Source: Polyangiaceae bacterium
GTDB lineage: Bacteria; Myxococcota_A; Polyangia; Polyangiales; Polyangiaceae
Direction of reading: 5' to 3'
Assembly (NCBI GenBank): GCA_050287085.1
Contig: JBNKBE010000009.1
Span: forward strand, 131,734-195,733
Length of the DNA stretch: 64,000 nucleotides
The position numbers and the translations under genes are program-made. Below the pieces are notes generated by a model. It made no database searches and had not been told where the DNA came from. It saw nothing but the letters and a program-made list of their open reading frames with translations. This document shows, piece after piece, positions 10,380-20,449 of this stretch. The stretch's first letter is position 1. The number at the start of each line of letters is the position of its first letter.

Positions 10380-10586
10380 GGCTCGGCGCGCCCATCCCCC
10401 GCAGCTCACCAACGAGCCGAGGGCCTCGGTGCATAGAAGCGCGCGTGAAGGACCGAGCTCCGGAGGTGGGCGAGCTTATGGCCTTGACCCGCCCGGGCCT
10501 CTTTGAGCGAACTGTACACAAGGAACTCGGTCGGGTTGCCTTGCGCGATTTCTGAGTGTGATGGTCCGCGATACGCGGTCCACGCT

Positions 10587-10802
10587 TCACAAGGTCGCGA
10601 CCAGGAGCCAAAGGCCACCCAAGATCGCCGCAGCTCCGAGCAGCATCCACAATACGCTGGGTGCGAAATACGGGAAGATCATCAGGAGCAGCCCCGCGAC
10701 CAGTTGCGGAAGCCGCTGCATCTTGCGCCCGTAGGTAAACAATACGAAGCCGGCAGACGAGACCAGAAAGCCCGCGATGAGCGTCGATGCGTCGAGGTCC
10801 AT
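10587..10802 (-). CDS. Small conserved-looking membrane protein (71 aa)
   Basis: Three hydrophobic segments with YGRK and FPYF motifs. Confidence 0.7.
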   Translation of the reverse strand: MDLDASTLIAGFLVSSAGFVLFTYGRKMQRLPQLVAGLLLMIFPYFAPSVLWMLLGAAAILGGLWLLVATL

Positions 10803-10909
10803 AGGTTAGCACTCTAGCTCACCCCCACAATGAGCGCCCCTGTCCGTCCAGGCACAGCAACGAAGTCGCGCGAACACGCGCGGTCCTGGACGCTAGCGGG
10901 GGTCCTGGG

Positions 10910-12340
10910 TCATTGGATGCCGCTACTGTACTCCTGCCACTGGCGGAGGGTCATATGACGCTTGTCGCGCGTACCGCTTGAGCGCCGGGAACATGCTGGC
11001 ACAGCGACTTGAGGCCAGACCGGCGCTTCCAGCGCTCGCGTTGTGTACAAGCCTTCGTCCGTTAGAACCCAGACATCGCCATCGGGACCGGCCCAAATGT
11101 CGACAGGAGGCACGAGGAGCTCCGGGGACACCCAACGGCTCAAACTACCGTCTGCAGCACGGTGAAGAAAGTCAGAGCGGTCGTGGCTGGCAAGCCACAG
11201 CGCCCCGGACTCGCCCCGCGCCAAGAGCGACACGCGGCTCGGCAAAGCGGTAGCGGTCCAACGCCCTTGCGCATAGCGCAGCAAGCGGGACTCACCACCG
11301 ACCATGGTGCCAGAAACCCAGATGTCGTCCGGGGTGAACGCGTCCACAATCGCGCCCTCCGCCTGCACCGCGCCCTCCGCCTGCACCGCGCCCTCCGCCT
11401 GCACCGCGCCCTCCGCCTGCACCGCGCCCTCCGCTACGACGGCTCCGGAAAGAACCGTCACGATACCGCGCGTTGTGCCGCGCAAGAAGCGCTCCTCAAC
11501 CAGCCACGGTGCCCCCGCACCTCCACTGCAATCGGCCGCACCGATCACAACAACCCCCGCCGCATCACTCGCCGCGAGGGCTAGTGGGCGACTGAGCCGG
11601 GTAAAACACTGGGCACCATCAGCCGCCTCGACGGAGCCGGGCGTCGGCCGCGGTAGCCGAAAGGCGCCCGCACGCCCCCCCCAGCTCAGGGAATAGCCGA
11701 GGGCCATCTGCTCCCGAGGCAACTCGAGAACCAAGACGGCACCACCCCAGCGGGTGGCAAAAGCGTCGAGCCCTCTCAATGCGCGAAGCAGGTGCCAGCG
11801 ATCGCCGTAGCGAGTGTAGAGCGCGCCCAGCGGCGAAGAAACACTCATCGGTCGATAGTGAGCAAAAGCCCAAGTGGACGAGATAGGATAGCGAGCAAAC
11901 CAGTGTGGTGGCTCACACTTCGGCAGCCCTGCGAGCGGCGCCGCTACCCGCTTCGGGGCGCCAGCTCCAGCGCTACTGACATCCGCCAGCGCAGAGGGAT
12001 CCTCCAAATTCTGCAAGTAAGCGTGCCCGTCTATGACAACCGGCCTCAGCTGCGCATCACCAACGCGATGGAGTCTCAGCTCATACACGGGCAGTGACGC
12101 AAGCGGATCCGGCGGCAGCTCGCGAGCAGCCGTTGGTGCGCTGGGGAGGTCAGCGGCTGTCGAAGACGCGGCGGGGACTTCCTTGGGTGGACTCCCTGAC
12201 AACAACGGCTTCGGAACCCGCGCCACGTCTTTGCTCCCGGCACTGCCCACAGAACACGCGAGCACCAACACGCCGAGGAGGCCCGCACCGCCGAGCTGCC
12301 GCGGCATGCGCACCGGAAACCACTGCATAGCGCCCCCCAT
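10910..12340 (-). CDS. Hypothetical secreted lipoprotein, beta-propeller-like C-terminus, internal AEGAVQ repeat
   Basis: Lipobox VLAC; PDDIWV, GALWL, GDVWV blade-like motifs. Confidence 0.65.
   Translation of the reverse strand: MGGAMQWFPVRMPRQLGGAGLLGVLVLACSVGSAGSKDVARVPKPLLSGSPPKEVPAASSTAADLPSAPTAARELPPDPLASLPVYELRLHRVGDAQLRPVVIDGHAYLQNLEDPSALADVSSAGAGAPKRVAAPLAGLPKCEPPHWFARYPISSTWAFAHYRPMSVSSPLGALYTRYGDRWHLLRALRGLDAFATRWGGAVLVLELPREQMALGYSLSWGGRAGAFRLPRPTPGSVEAADGAQCFTRLSRPLALAASDAAGVVVIGAADCSGGAGAPWLVEERFLRGTTRGIVTVLSGAVVAEGAVQAEGAVQAEGAVQAEGAVQAEGAIVDAFTPDDIWVSGTMVGGESRLLRYAQGRWTATALPSRVSLLARGESGALWLASHDRSDFLHRAADGSLSRWVSPELLVPPVDIWAGPDGDVWVLTDEGLYTTRALEAPVWPQVAVPACSRRSSGTRDKRHMTLRQWQEYSSGIQ
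11351..11434. repeat. 18-bp tandem repeat CGCGCCCTCCGCCTGCAC x4.7 (in frame, AEGAVQ)
   Basis: Read directly from the sequence. Confidence 0.97.
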
Positions 12341-12696
12341 CAGTAACCCAAAGCCGTCAACTTCTCGTCACATTCACGCTCGCATTGGGTGGCACTGTGG
12401 ACGTCTCCAGCAAGTTCGGCTAGCAGGATTCGACCTAGCGTTGCTAGGCCAATCCCATCGCTGCCGCGACGGCTCAACAACTCAACCAACGTCCCAAGCT
12501 CACGGCGCAGCGCCAGCCGCTCTGACGAAGGCAACTCCGGCCCCCGCCTCTCTGCCCAATGCTGCGCAATCTCCAGCAAACGACGACCGTGCGCCTGGGC
12601 GCTGGGCCCTAGCGCTAGCGCGACGCTTTCTGCGCGCTCCATCAACCACGGGCTCGGCATAGTCGATAGCCTAGCCAGTTCGCTTGCGCGATGCAA
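12340..12696 (-). CDS. Hypothetical helical protein
   Basis: 118-aa ORF whose stop overlaps the next start (TGATG); start uncertain. Confidence 0.5.
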   Translation of the reverse strand: MHRASELARLSTMPSPWLMERAESVALALGPSAQAHGRRLLEIAQHWAERRGPELPSSERLALRRELGTLVELLSRRGSDGIGLATLGRILLAELAGDVHSATQCERECDEKLTALGY

Positions 12697-12787
12697 AGGC
12701 GTCGGACGAGCGTCCGCCGTTCCACGCAGACTTTTCGGGATTCGGGTGTCTCACGCCCGCGATTCTTGGGCTCGGTTCATGACCCGC

Positions 12788-13573
12788 TCAGCGCTCGCCA
12801 GCGCGAAGCTGCAGCAGTCGGTCTACGAGCTCGCAAAACCCAAAGCCACATGCGCCCGTGGTTTGATAACGCGGTGGTATCGAGAACGTCCCCTTGAGAT
12901 TCTTCACGCCGACGCTGAGTTCGAAACAAGCGAAACACGCGGCGTCATTGCCCGAGTCACCGACGTATGCAAACTGCCGACGCGCGAGGGCAGGATCGCA
13001 GCCAAAATGCTCGCGCAATAAGCCTAGCGTTCCGGTCGCCTTGTCCTCTGGATCGAGAGTGACGTGCATGTGCACACTGGAAAGCGTTACAAATAGGCCC
13101 AAGGCTCGTGCCTTCTCAACCACCTCAACCACCAACTGCGGGTCCAGTCGCCGGTACTCACCGACGTCAAAAGTCAGATCGGAGTAGCGCCCCCCGAGGT
13201 CGTCGCTGAACTCCAGCTCGGGAAAGCGCGTCATCAATTCGCTCGCGAGCTCGAGCAAGCGCTCGCGAGAAGCACCACGCCGCTCCGCCTGACGCTCCCA
13301 CCGCCGAAGGCGTCCATCACCGACCACCCAGGCGCAAGCGCCGTTTTCCGTGACCATCGCATCGACGGGCCACGTCCGCGCTAGCACCTCACCCCAGCTG
13401 GCTGGACGCCCCGTTACGCCCACCGCAAGAAGCCCAGCATCGCGCAGCGCATAGAGCCGCTCCAGCACCGCCGGCCGCAATAAGCCGTGTTCCAACACCG
13501 TATCATCTAGATCAAAGAGCAAACCGCGGAGGGGCTTCACCTCCCGAGCGGTCATGTTTCGAAGCGAGCGCAC
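12788..13573 (-). CDS. HAD-superfamily hydrolase, subfamily IIB
   Basis: Motif I FDLDDT, motif II VTGR, DKATG, motif IV VGDSGND. Confidence 0.92.
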   Translation of the reverse strand: MRSLRNMTAREVKPLRGLLFDLDDTVLEHGLLRPAVLERLYALRDAGLLAVGVTGRPASWGEVLARTWPVDAMVTENGACAWVVGDGRLRRWERQAERRGASRERLLELASELMTRFPELEFSDDLGGRYSDLTFDVGEYRRLDPQLVVEVVEKARALGLFVTLSSVHMHVTLDPEDKATGTLGLLREHFGCDPALARRQFAYVGDSGNDAACFACFELSVGVKNLKGTFSIPPRYQTTGACGFGFCELVDRLLQLRAGER

Positions 13574-13740
13574 CGCACAACAATAGACCAGAGTTCACGA
13601 TTCGCGAACTCTCCTTGAACACAATGGCCGCCGCACAGCGGGAGCTTCCGGCCTGGGTCGTCGCCCAGTAGCCGCGTTCTCGCAGTCGTCACTGGGTGCT
13701 AGCAGTGGCCGACGAGGGAGAATCGTCGCATTGTAGCGCT

Positions 13741-14931
13741 ATGGTCTCGTTAGGAATTGCCCCTCGAAGCGCGCGGAGAGGCCGTTCGCGGGGTCGCTGG
13801 CTCGCCTACCGACTTCTTCCGACGCTCGCGCTCTGCGCAGCAGCATGTGTGGAACAAGTTGGCGGCCACGCGTCGCCCCCGCGGCAGGCCCCTGCCGCCC
13901 TCACGCTCGCGCCGCACAACACGAAGCGCAAACCCGCCCAAGCAACCCGCCCGGAGCTGGCCCCCGACCGTCCGACGCCCAGCCTCGCCGCCTCTCCCCG
14001 CCCCCCAGAAGCCAAACGCCTCGAGCCAGCAGCCCCGGCGGACACGCTTCCACAAGCCCCGGCGAGACCTGAGCCCCCCGACGCGTTCGAGCCGCCCTTT
14101 GCCGCCACCACGAGCCCCGGCGATGGTCAGTGGTTCCCTTGGCCCAGCTCCGACGGCCCCTTCTTTCGGGCGCGCGTGCACCCCGGCAAATTCAGCCGCT
14201 TCAAGGAGGTGCTGGTGGTCGCAATCGATGTGCGCCACTTCAGCATCAAATGGCAGATCGGAAGCGCCGATCTTGGAGCGGAGGGCTTCCTCTCTGCCGG
14301 GAGGGTTCCCCCCGAGGAGCTACAAGCCGTGCAGCTGCTTTTCAACGGAGGCTTTCTGGCGCGACACGGACGCTGGGGAATAAGCACCGGCGGGGTGGAG
14401 ATTCAGCCCCAGCGCCCGCATGGATGCACTATTGCACTCTTTGAATCGGTACCGCCGGTCATAGGCACCTATCAACGGCTCGTGGCGGAAGGCGACCTTT
14501 CGCACGCAACAACACTGCGCCAAACACCTCCCTGTTTGCTTGAAAACGGAACGCTGGCGCCGCAACTGCTGCGCGGCGACGATCGCCCCTGGGCAGGCAA
14601 GAACGAGGAGCGTCGCACGCGGCGCCGTTCGGCCCTAGGCATTTCAGCAGGCTCACGTCACCTCATCTACGGACTCGGTATCGAGGCGGATGCCGTGGAT
14701 CTGGCGCGGGGCATGGCCGCGGCAGGGGCTGTCACCGCTGCACAACTCGATATCAACTGGTATTGGACACGCGTCGCATCCGTAAGCCATGACCCGCAGT
14801 CTCCCAAACTCATCCCACTCCGAGAAGAGATGGAACTCCGTCCAACGGAGTATCTGAAGACGGCGTCGCGCCGCGATTTCTTCTACGTGGTGCCATCCTC
14901 GCACAGGCCTTCCACCCAGGCCGCACCTTGA
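13741..14931 (+). CDS. Phosphodiester glycosidase (NAGPA-like) family lipoprotein
   Basis: Lipobox AAAC, Pro-rich linker, FNGGF, RRRSALGI, AAQLDIN. Confidence 0.65.
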   Translation: MVSLGIAPRSARRGRSRGRWLAYRLLPTLALCAAACVEQVGGHASPPRQAPAALTLAPHNTKRKPAQATRPELAPDRPTPSLAASPRPPEAKRLEPAAPADTLPQAPARPEPPDAFEPPFAATTSPGDGQWFPWPSSDGPFFRARVHPGKFSRFKEVLVVAIDVRHFSIKWQIGSADLGAEGFLSAGRVPPEELQAVQLLFNGGFLARHGRWGISTGGVEIQPQRPHGCTIALFESVPPVIGTYQRLVAEGDLSHATTLRQTPPCLLENGTLAPQLLRGDDRPWAGKNEERRTRRRSALGISAGSRHLIYGLGIEADAVDLARGMAAAGAVTAAQLDINWYWTRVASVSHDPQSPKLIPLREEMELRPTEYLKTASRRDFFYVVPSSHRPSTQAAP

Positions 14932-14967
14932 CCCCGCCCGCTTCTTGCCTCTAACATCGGCCCTTTC

Positions 14968-16065
14968 TTGCGCATTCTCGCCTACGTCTACAACGGCTAC
15001 CATCCCATTGAAGAACGCGACCGCGCCTTCTACCCAGGCTTCACCGAGTGGGACCTGATTGAAAGCAGCGCCCCTCGCTTTCCTGGGCACAGACAACCGC
15101 TGCTACCAGCCCATGGACGCTACGATGACCGACTACCCGCGGTGACAGCGCAACGGATCGCGTGGTGCCACAAAGCAGGCATTGACGGATTAGTGCACGG
15201 CTTCTTCTGGTGTCGAGGCAAGCGCGTCTTCCAGCAAGCTCTCGACGAGGGCTTCCTCGGCTCAGAGGAGGGCAGGCGATTTCCGTTTGCCTTGATGTGG
15301 GCCAATCGCATGCCACGACGCGTGCTGCCCGTACGGCGAGACGAGCCGCTGATAGACCCAGCGCGAAGAGTCCCGGCCGATGTCGCTGACTTCGTGCAGT
15401 TGATCACCTACCTCGGAAGTCGCTACTTCCTTCGCCCCAACTACTTGCGCGTTGACAATGCTGCGTACCTGTCCATCTATGACTCGAGCTTCTTCGTTCG
15501 TGAACTGGGAGTAGAACTCGCGGCTCGTGCCATCGCCCTGGCCCGTGCTGAACTCAGACGGCGAGGCCTACCTGACCTCCACCTAGCCGCCGTCGAGCCC
15601 GAACTCCAGCTCCAAGACAGACTCCGCGCGGTAGGCTTTGACAGCGTAACACACTACGTGCTGCTGCCCGCTTGGCGCGGGCCCTCAATTCAGGACTACA
15701 GCACCCGCGCCCGCATCGTGGCGCGAAGCTGGTCTGAGGTGCAAGGCCGTTGCCGCCTTCCGCACCACCCTGCCGTGAGTCCCGGCTGGGACGCCTCGGC
15801 GCGGGGCGCCGATTTCGGTCATGCACGCCCTGACCGCTATCCTTGGTCCCCGGTAGTAGTGAACGCGGACCCTCACAGGTTCGAGCAGGCTCTTCGACGC
15901 GCGATTCGTTACGCTAGAGCCAGCGGGCTGCCGACTGCAGAGCAGCTCGTGTTTGTCGCATCGCTCAACGAGTGGAGTGAGGGTCACTACCTGGAACCAG
16001 ACGTCCAGTTTGGCGACGGTTGGCTTCAAGCCGTAGCGCGCGCCCGCGTTGCTGAAAAGGTCTAG
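14968..16065 (+). CDS. GH99-like / WbsX-family glycoside hydrolase-like protein
   Basis: GFTEW, GIDG..H.FFW, FALMWAN, PGWDASAR, SLNEWSEGHYLEPD. Confidence 0.85.
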   Translation: MRILAYVYNGYHPIEERDRAFYPGFTEWDLIESSAPRFPGHRQPLLPAHGRYDDRLPAVTAQRIAWCHKAGIDGLVHGFFWCRGKRVFQQALDEGFLGSEEGRRFPFALMWANRMPRRVLPVRRDEPLIDPARRVPADVADFVQLITYLGSRYFLRPNYLRVDNAAYLSIYDSSFFVRELGVELAARAIALARAELRRRGLPDLHLAAVEPELQLQDRLRAVGFDSVTHYVLLPAWRGPSIQDYSTRARIVARSWSEVQGRCRLPHHPAVSPGWDASARGADFGHARPDRYPWSPVVVNADPHRFEQALRRAIRYARASGLPTAEQLVFVASLNEWSEGHYLEPDVQFGDGWLQAVARARVAEKV

Positions 16066-16349
16066 AACATCGTCTCGCTGCTGCCCCTGGATGAGCTTGA
16101 CGAATCCGAAGAGCATTGGGCTGCCGCCGCTACTGACTTCCCCAATCCTGGTCCCGAAACTGCTGCCGCCGTTGTTGGGCGCAGGGGCTCAGCAAGGCAG
16201 CGCTGCAACCGGCCCCCGCAACCGAACCCCCCACCGGCCGAAACCGAAACCCCTGCGAGCGCTCAATCGCTTCCTGCTTCGCCGCTCAGGACTGCGCTAT
16301 CACGCCAGCCCGTTGTCGCGGAACAAGCCACGATGGTAACACACCTTTC

Positions 16350-18572
16350 GTGTTCTCGTTTACCCCGTCGGTGCCGCCCCCCAGTTTCGATCCGCCGCAG
16401 GAGCCACGCTCAAACAAGGGGCGATTCGGTGCCTTCTCGGGTGTGTTCACACCAAGCATTCTCACCATCCTGGGCGTGGTCATGTACCTGCGCTTCGGAT
16501 GGGTGGTAGGTAACGCAGGTCTATTGGGCGCCCTTGTGATCGTCGTGCTGAGTCACGTCATCACGCTAGCCACGGGTCTCAGCATTTCTACCATCGCCAC
16601 CCACCGGACGGTCGGAGCGGGAGGTGCTTTCAACATCATAAGCCGTTCACTTGGTGCTCCCATTGGGGCCGCCGTAGGAATACCGCTATTTGTCGCTCAG
16701 GCGCTGAGCGTCAGTTTCTACTGCGTGGGGTTTACCGAATCCATCGCGGAGTTCGTGCCGTGGATCTCACCGCGAGTGCTGACCACTTTCGTAGCCGCGC
16801 TGCTGCTTCTGCTGTCCCTACGAAGCGCCTCACTTGTGCTCAAGGCCCAGTATGTCATCATGGCGGCCATCGGGGTTTCACTCGTCTCCTTCTTCGCCGG
16901 CACGCGAGAACCTGCCCCCACACTCAGCGAAGCACCTCCTCAGCTCGCCAGCTTCTCAGCGGTATTCGCCGTCTTCTTTCCGGCCGTCACCGGGATCATG
17001 GCCGGCGTGGGCATGAGCGGTGATCTCAAAGACCCGAGACGCGCGCTACCACGCGGTACGCTATGGGCCATCTTCGTCGGCTTCGTCATCTACCTTGCAT
17101 TCCCCTTGTGGCTTGCGAACAACGCATCGCCGGCAGAACTGCTTGGCAACCCCCGCATCGTTTGGGACATCGCGTTCTCCCCCGCTGCCATCTACGTAGG
17201 GATCTGGGGAGCAACACTGTCGAGTGCCGTCGGCTCACTACTGACCGCACCTCGCACTTTGCAGGCTATCGCACGGGACCGCCTGGTGCCCCGCTGGCTA
17301 GGGAAGGGCCATGGTCCGCATGACGAACCGCGCATCGCCACGGCTCTCTCATTTGTCATCGCGTTGGGGGGCATATGGCTCGGCAATCTGGATAGCATCG
17401 CCAATACGCTGACAATGTTCTTTCTGGCTACCTACGGCATAACCAACCTGGCGTGTGGCGTGGAGCTTTGGGCAGCCAGTCCAAGCTTTCGTCCAGAATT
17501 TCGCATCCCGTGGTGGATCAGCGCTGGGGGGGCAGCGGCCTGCTTCTACGTGATGAGCCTGATCGATATCATCGCGATGCTCACCGCCCTACTGGTCTGC
17601 GGCGGCATCTATTTCCACACCCAGCGCCGTGAGCTACACACCACCTACGGCGACGCTCGGCACGGCTTCTGGGCAGCGTTGGTGCGCAGCGCGCTGCATC
17701 GCGTCCGGCGCGCGGGCTTTCACCCGACGAATTGGCGGCCGAACCTGCTGATCATGGGGGGCGATCTCGAACAGCGCCACTACCTGCTCGAGCTTGGAGA
17801 CGACATCGTCCAGCACCGCGGCCTCGTCACCTACTTCCAACTCCTGCGCGGAGACTTGGGCCAGCTTGCCGTCTCACGCCAACGCCTGCTCCACGAGGTA
17901 GAACCTGTCGTACGAGAACACTATCCCAACGTGTTCTACCGTGTTGACGTCGTCGACAGCGTGCACCGCGGAGTTGTACAGGCCGCGCAGTCCTACGGCC
18001 TAGGAGACTTCGAAGCCAACACGCTCTTGCTGGGATGGCCCCAGAAAGAGGAGCGCTTCCCCGCCTACGCGCAGATGATGCGCGACCTAGCTACTCTGGA
18101 CAAGAGCCTGCTTCTGGTGCGCTACGACCCTCAGCGTGCCTTCGGTAGCCTGAAGAACATCCACATCTGGTGGGGTGGCTTGAAAGGCAACGGTGGCCTG
18201 ATGTTGCTCACCGCATTTCTACTCACGGCCCAACGCCGCTGGCGAGACGCGCGAATCAGCCTGATCACGGTAGTGACGAACGAAGAAGAACAGCAACAAG
18301 TGCGCAATCGCATCGATCAAGTCCTCCAACACGCACGCGTGACCGCAGAGCCGAAGGTAGTTGTGCGTTCAGGACGTGCGATCGCCGCCATCATGGAAGC
18401 CGAAAGTCAGTGGGCGGACTTGGCTATCATCGGGCTAGCATTGCCCCAAAGCGACGAAGCACCAGAGCGGTATTTCAGCCGTATGGAACAACTGCTCGCT
18501 AGCCTTCCCACCACGTTGATGGTTTACAGCGCGCGCAGCTTTCCCGGTGAACCAGTGCTGATTCAAGATTAG
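16350..18572 (+). CDS. SLC12/CCC-type cation-chloride cotransporter (APC superfamily) with cytosolic C-terminal domain
   Basis: GVFTPSILTILGVVMYLRFGWVVGNAG, FFPAVTGIMAG, SGDLKDP, NWRPNLL, IHIWWGG. Confidence 0.9.
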   Translation: MFSFTPSVPPPSFDPPQEPRSNKGRFGAFSGVFTPSILTILGVVMYLRFGWVVGNAGLLGALVIVVLSHVITLATGLSISTIATHRTVGAGGAFNIISRSLGAPIGAAVGIPLFVAQALSVSFYCVGFTESIAEFVPWISPRVLTTFVAALLLLLSLRSASLVLKAQYVIMAAIGVSLVSFFAGTREPAPTLSEAPPQLASFSAVFAVFFPAVTGIMAGVGMSGDLKDPRRALPRGTLWAIFVGFVIYLAFPLWLANNASPAELLGNPRIVWDIAFSPAAIYVGIWGATLSSAVGSLLTAPRTLQAIARDRLVPRWLGKGHGPHDEPRIATALSFVIALGGIWLGNLDSIANTLTMFFLATYGITNLACGVELWAASPSFRPEFRIPWWISAGGAAACFYVMSLIDIIAMLTALLVCGGIYFHTQRRELHTTYGDARHGFWAALVRSALHRVRRAGFHPTNWRPNLLIMGGDLEQRHYLLELGDDIVQHRGLVTYFQLLRGDLGQLAVSRQRLLHEVEPVVREHYPNVFYRVDVVDSVHRGVVQAAQSYGLGDFEANTLLLGWPQKEERFPAYAQMMRDLATLDKSLLLVRYDPQRAFGSLKNIHIWWGGLKGNGGLMLLTAFLLTAQRRWRDARISLITVVTNEEEQQQVRNRIDQVLQHARVTAEPKVVVRSGRAIAAIMEAESQWADLAIIGLALPQSDEAPERYFSRMEQLLASLPTTLMVYSARSFPGEPVLIQD

Positions 18573-18610
18573 CCTTGCCAGCAGCCCCTCCCTCTAGATA
18601 CGGAAGTGTC

Positions 18611-20449
18611 ATGGCGATGGGTGTAGGACGGCGACACACAGCTGGTCACAACAGACTTCGAAACTGCCTGGTTTGGGGCCTCGGGGCCTTTGCGCTCGCA
18701 GGGCCCCTGAGTTGCGGAGGGAACACCGCAGCAACAGGCAAAACGCACTTCGCGGGGGCCCGGTGCGAGCCGACGCTCGTGTTCGAATGTGAAAACCTGT
18801 GCACCGAAGGAGACATGGCTGCCTGCGAGATAGCCGGCTCGAGCTATATCGAAGGTAGGCAGGTAACCCGCGACCTCGAACGAGCTAAGAGTTTGCTGGC
18901 GCCGCCCTGCAACGCGGAGCGCCCGATCGGCTGCGGTGGGATGGCCAAGCTCGCGCAAGAAGGTGTCCTTGACTGGCCGATGGAGCGCATCGTCAAGCGC
19001 TTGGACGCCGCCTGTGAAGCCAAGGACGCGGATGCTTGCCAGCGACGGGGTCAGCTGCTGCTGGCCGAAGGCTCGAGCGCGGCGGACAACAAGGCTCGAA
19101 CGCTATTCGAGCGCGCCTGTAGCGGAGGCTCCCAGGCGGGATGTTTTCAGAAGGGCAAGTTCCTGTTGGAAACCCGTCCCGCTGAAGCCATCAAGCTATT
19201 CACCGCGGCCTGCAAAGCTAAAGTCGGTTCAGCCTGCTACGAACTGGGGGGGTTGCAGGAATCGGGAACCGGCGGCGATGCGGCACCGCAGCGAGCCCTC
19301 AACTCCTACGAGCGCGCCTGCGAGCTAGATGTAGCTGCCGCTTGCTCCAAACTGGGACAGACCTACGAACAGGGCTCTCACGGCGCACTGCGCGACCTGC
19401 AAAAGACCAAGACCCATCTGGAGAAAGCCTGCGACCTGGGAGAGGGCGATGCTTGCGCGCACCTCGGCGAACTATTGGCTTCCGGTGATGGGATTGAGCC
19501 AGACGAGCAGGCGGCGGGCAGACTGTTTGAGCAAGGCTGTGAACTGAAGTCACCCCGTGCTTGTCTGTTCCGCGGCAGGGTTCTCGAACAGGAATCAGCG
19601 GTGTCCGAAGACGTCACGGACACCTCGGCGGCGGCTGCTTTGGCGGCAACACAAGCCTATGAGGCCGCGTGTGACGGAGGAGAAAGCGAAGCCTGTGGGT
19701 ACCTCGCTCGCATGCTCATTGGGCATCGCAGCATTCCACTAGACGAGGACCGAGCCGTCGGGTTGTTTGAGAAAGCGTGCAGCGGAGAAGGGCCCGAGGG
19801 CGTCTGCGTCGACCTGGCCGCCCTGCAACTAAAACGCCACGCACCCAAGGATGCGGTCAGCGCGCTCAAGCGAGGCTGCGAACGAGAAGGCGCCGCTTGT
19901 CTCGCTCTGGCACGGCACTACGAACACGGCTATGGGGTGACTCAAAACCGCACCGAGGCGGCCAAGCTCTACCTAAGCGCTTGCCAACAGTCGGTCGCGC
20001 CGGGTTGCGTAGGTTTGGCACATCTCGCGTATCTCGGAAGCGGGACAGACGCCGACCCCGAGGGTGCCGTCGCGATCTTCGAAGAATACTGCGAACAGGA
20101 CAACGCTGAGGCGTGTCGCTACCTGGCCCTGGCGTTGGCCAGCGGCGAGGGTCTAGAAGAGCCCGACGGCGACGCCGCTCGTTCGCTGGCCGATGAACGC
20201 TGCGCTCAAGGCGATCTGGATGCCTGCGCCCTGGGCTCACTATTTCGCGTGCGCGGCGTCGGTGGACGACGCACCCCTCGCGAAGGACTCAAACGCCTGT
20301 CCAGCTTGTGCGGTGAGCAACAGGGGCTCGCGTGTTCCCTGCGCGCTCACCTGCCGGGCGTCAAGAGCCCGGAGAAGGCCTCGCTTCGCGCTCGGGCCTG
20401 CGCCTTGGGCGAGTACTCAGAGTGTCGCTGGCTTGAGGAGCGGCGCTGA
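18611..20449 (+). CDS. Sel1-like repeat lipoprotein
   Basis: Lipobox PLSC and many F/Y-x-x-AC...AC..LG units; start uncertain (18575 or 18611). Confidence 0.88.
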   Translation: MAMGVGRRHTAGHNRLRNCLVWGLGAFALAGPLSCGGNTAATGKTHFAGARCEPTLVFECENLCTEGDMAACEIAGSSYIEGRQVTRDLERAKSLLAPPCNAERPIGCGGMAKLAQEGVLDWPMERIVKRLDAACEAKDADACQRRGQLLLAEGSSAADNKARTLFERACSGGSQAGCFQKGKFLLETRPAEAIKLFTAACKAKVGSACYELGGLQESGTGGDAAPQRALNSYERACELDVAAACSKLGQTYEQGSHGALRDLQKTKTHLEKACDLGEGDACAHLGELLASGDGIEPDEQAAGRLFEQGCELKSPRACLFRGRVLEQESAVSEDVTDTSAAAALAATQAYEAACDGGESEACGYLARMLIGHRSIPLDEDRAVGLFEKACSGEGPEGVCVDLAALQLKRHAPKDAVSALKRGCEREGAACLALARHYEHGYGVTQNRTEAAKLYLSACQQSVAPGCVGLAHLAYLGSGTDADPEGAVAIFEEYCEQDNAEACRYLALALASGEGLEEPDGDAARSLADERCAQGDLDACALGSLFRVRGVGGRRTPREGLKRLSSLCGEQQGLACSLRAHLPGVKSPEKASLRARACALGEYSECRWLEERR

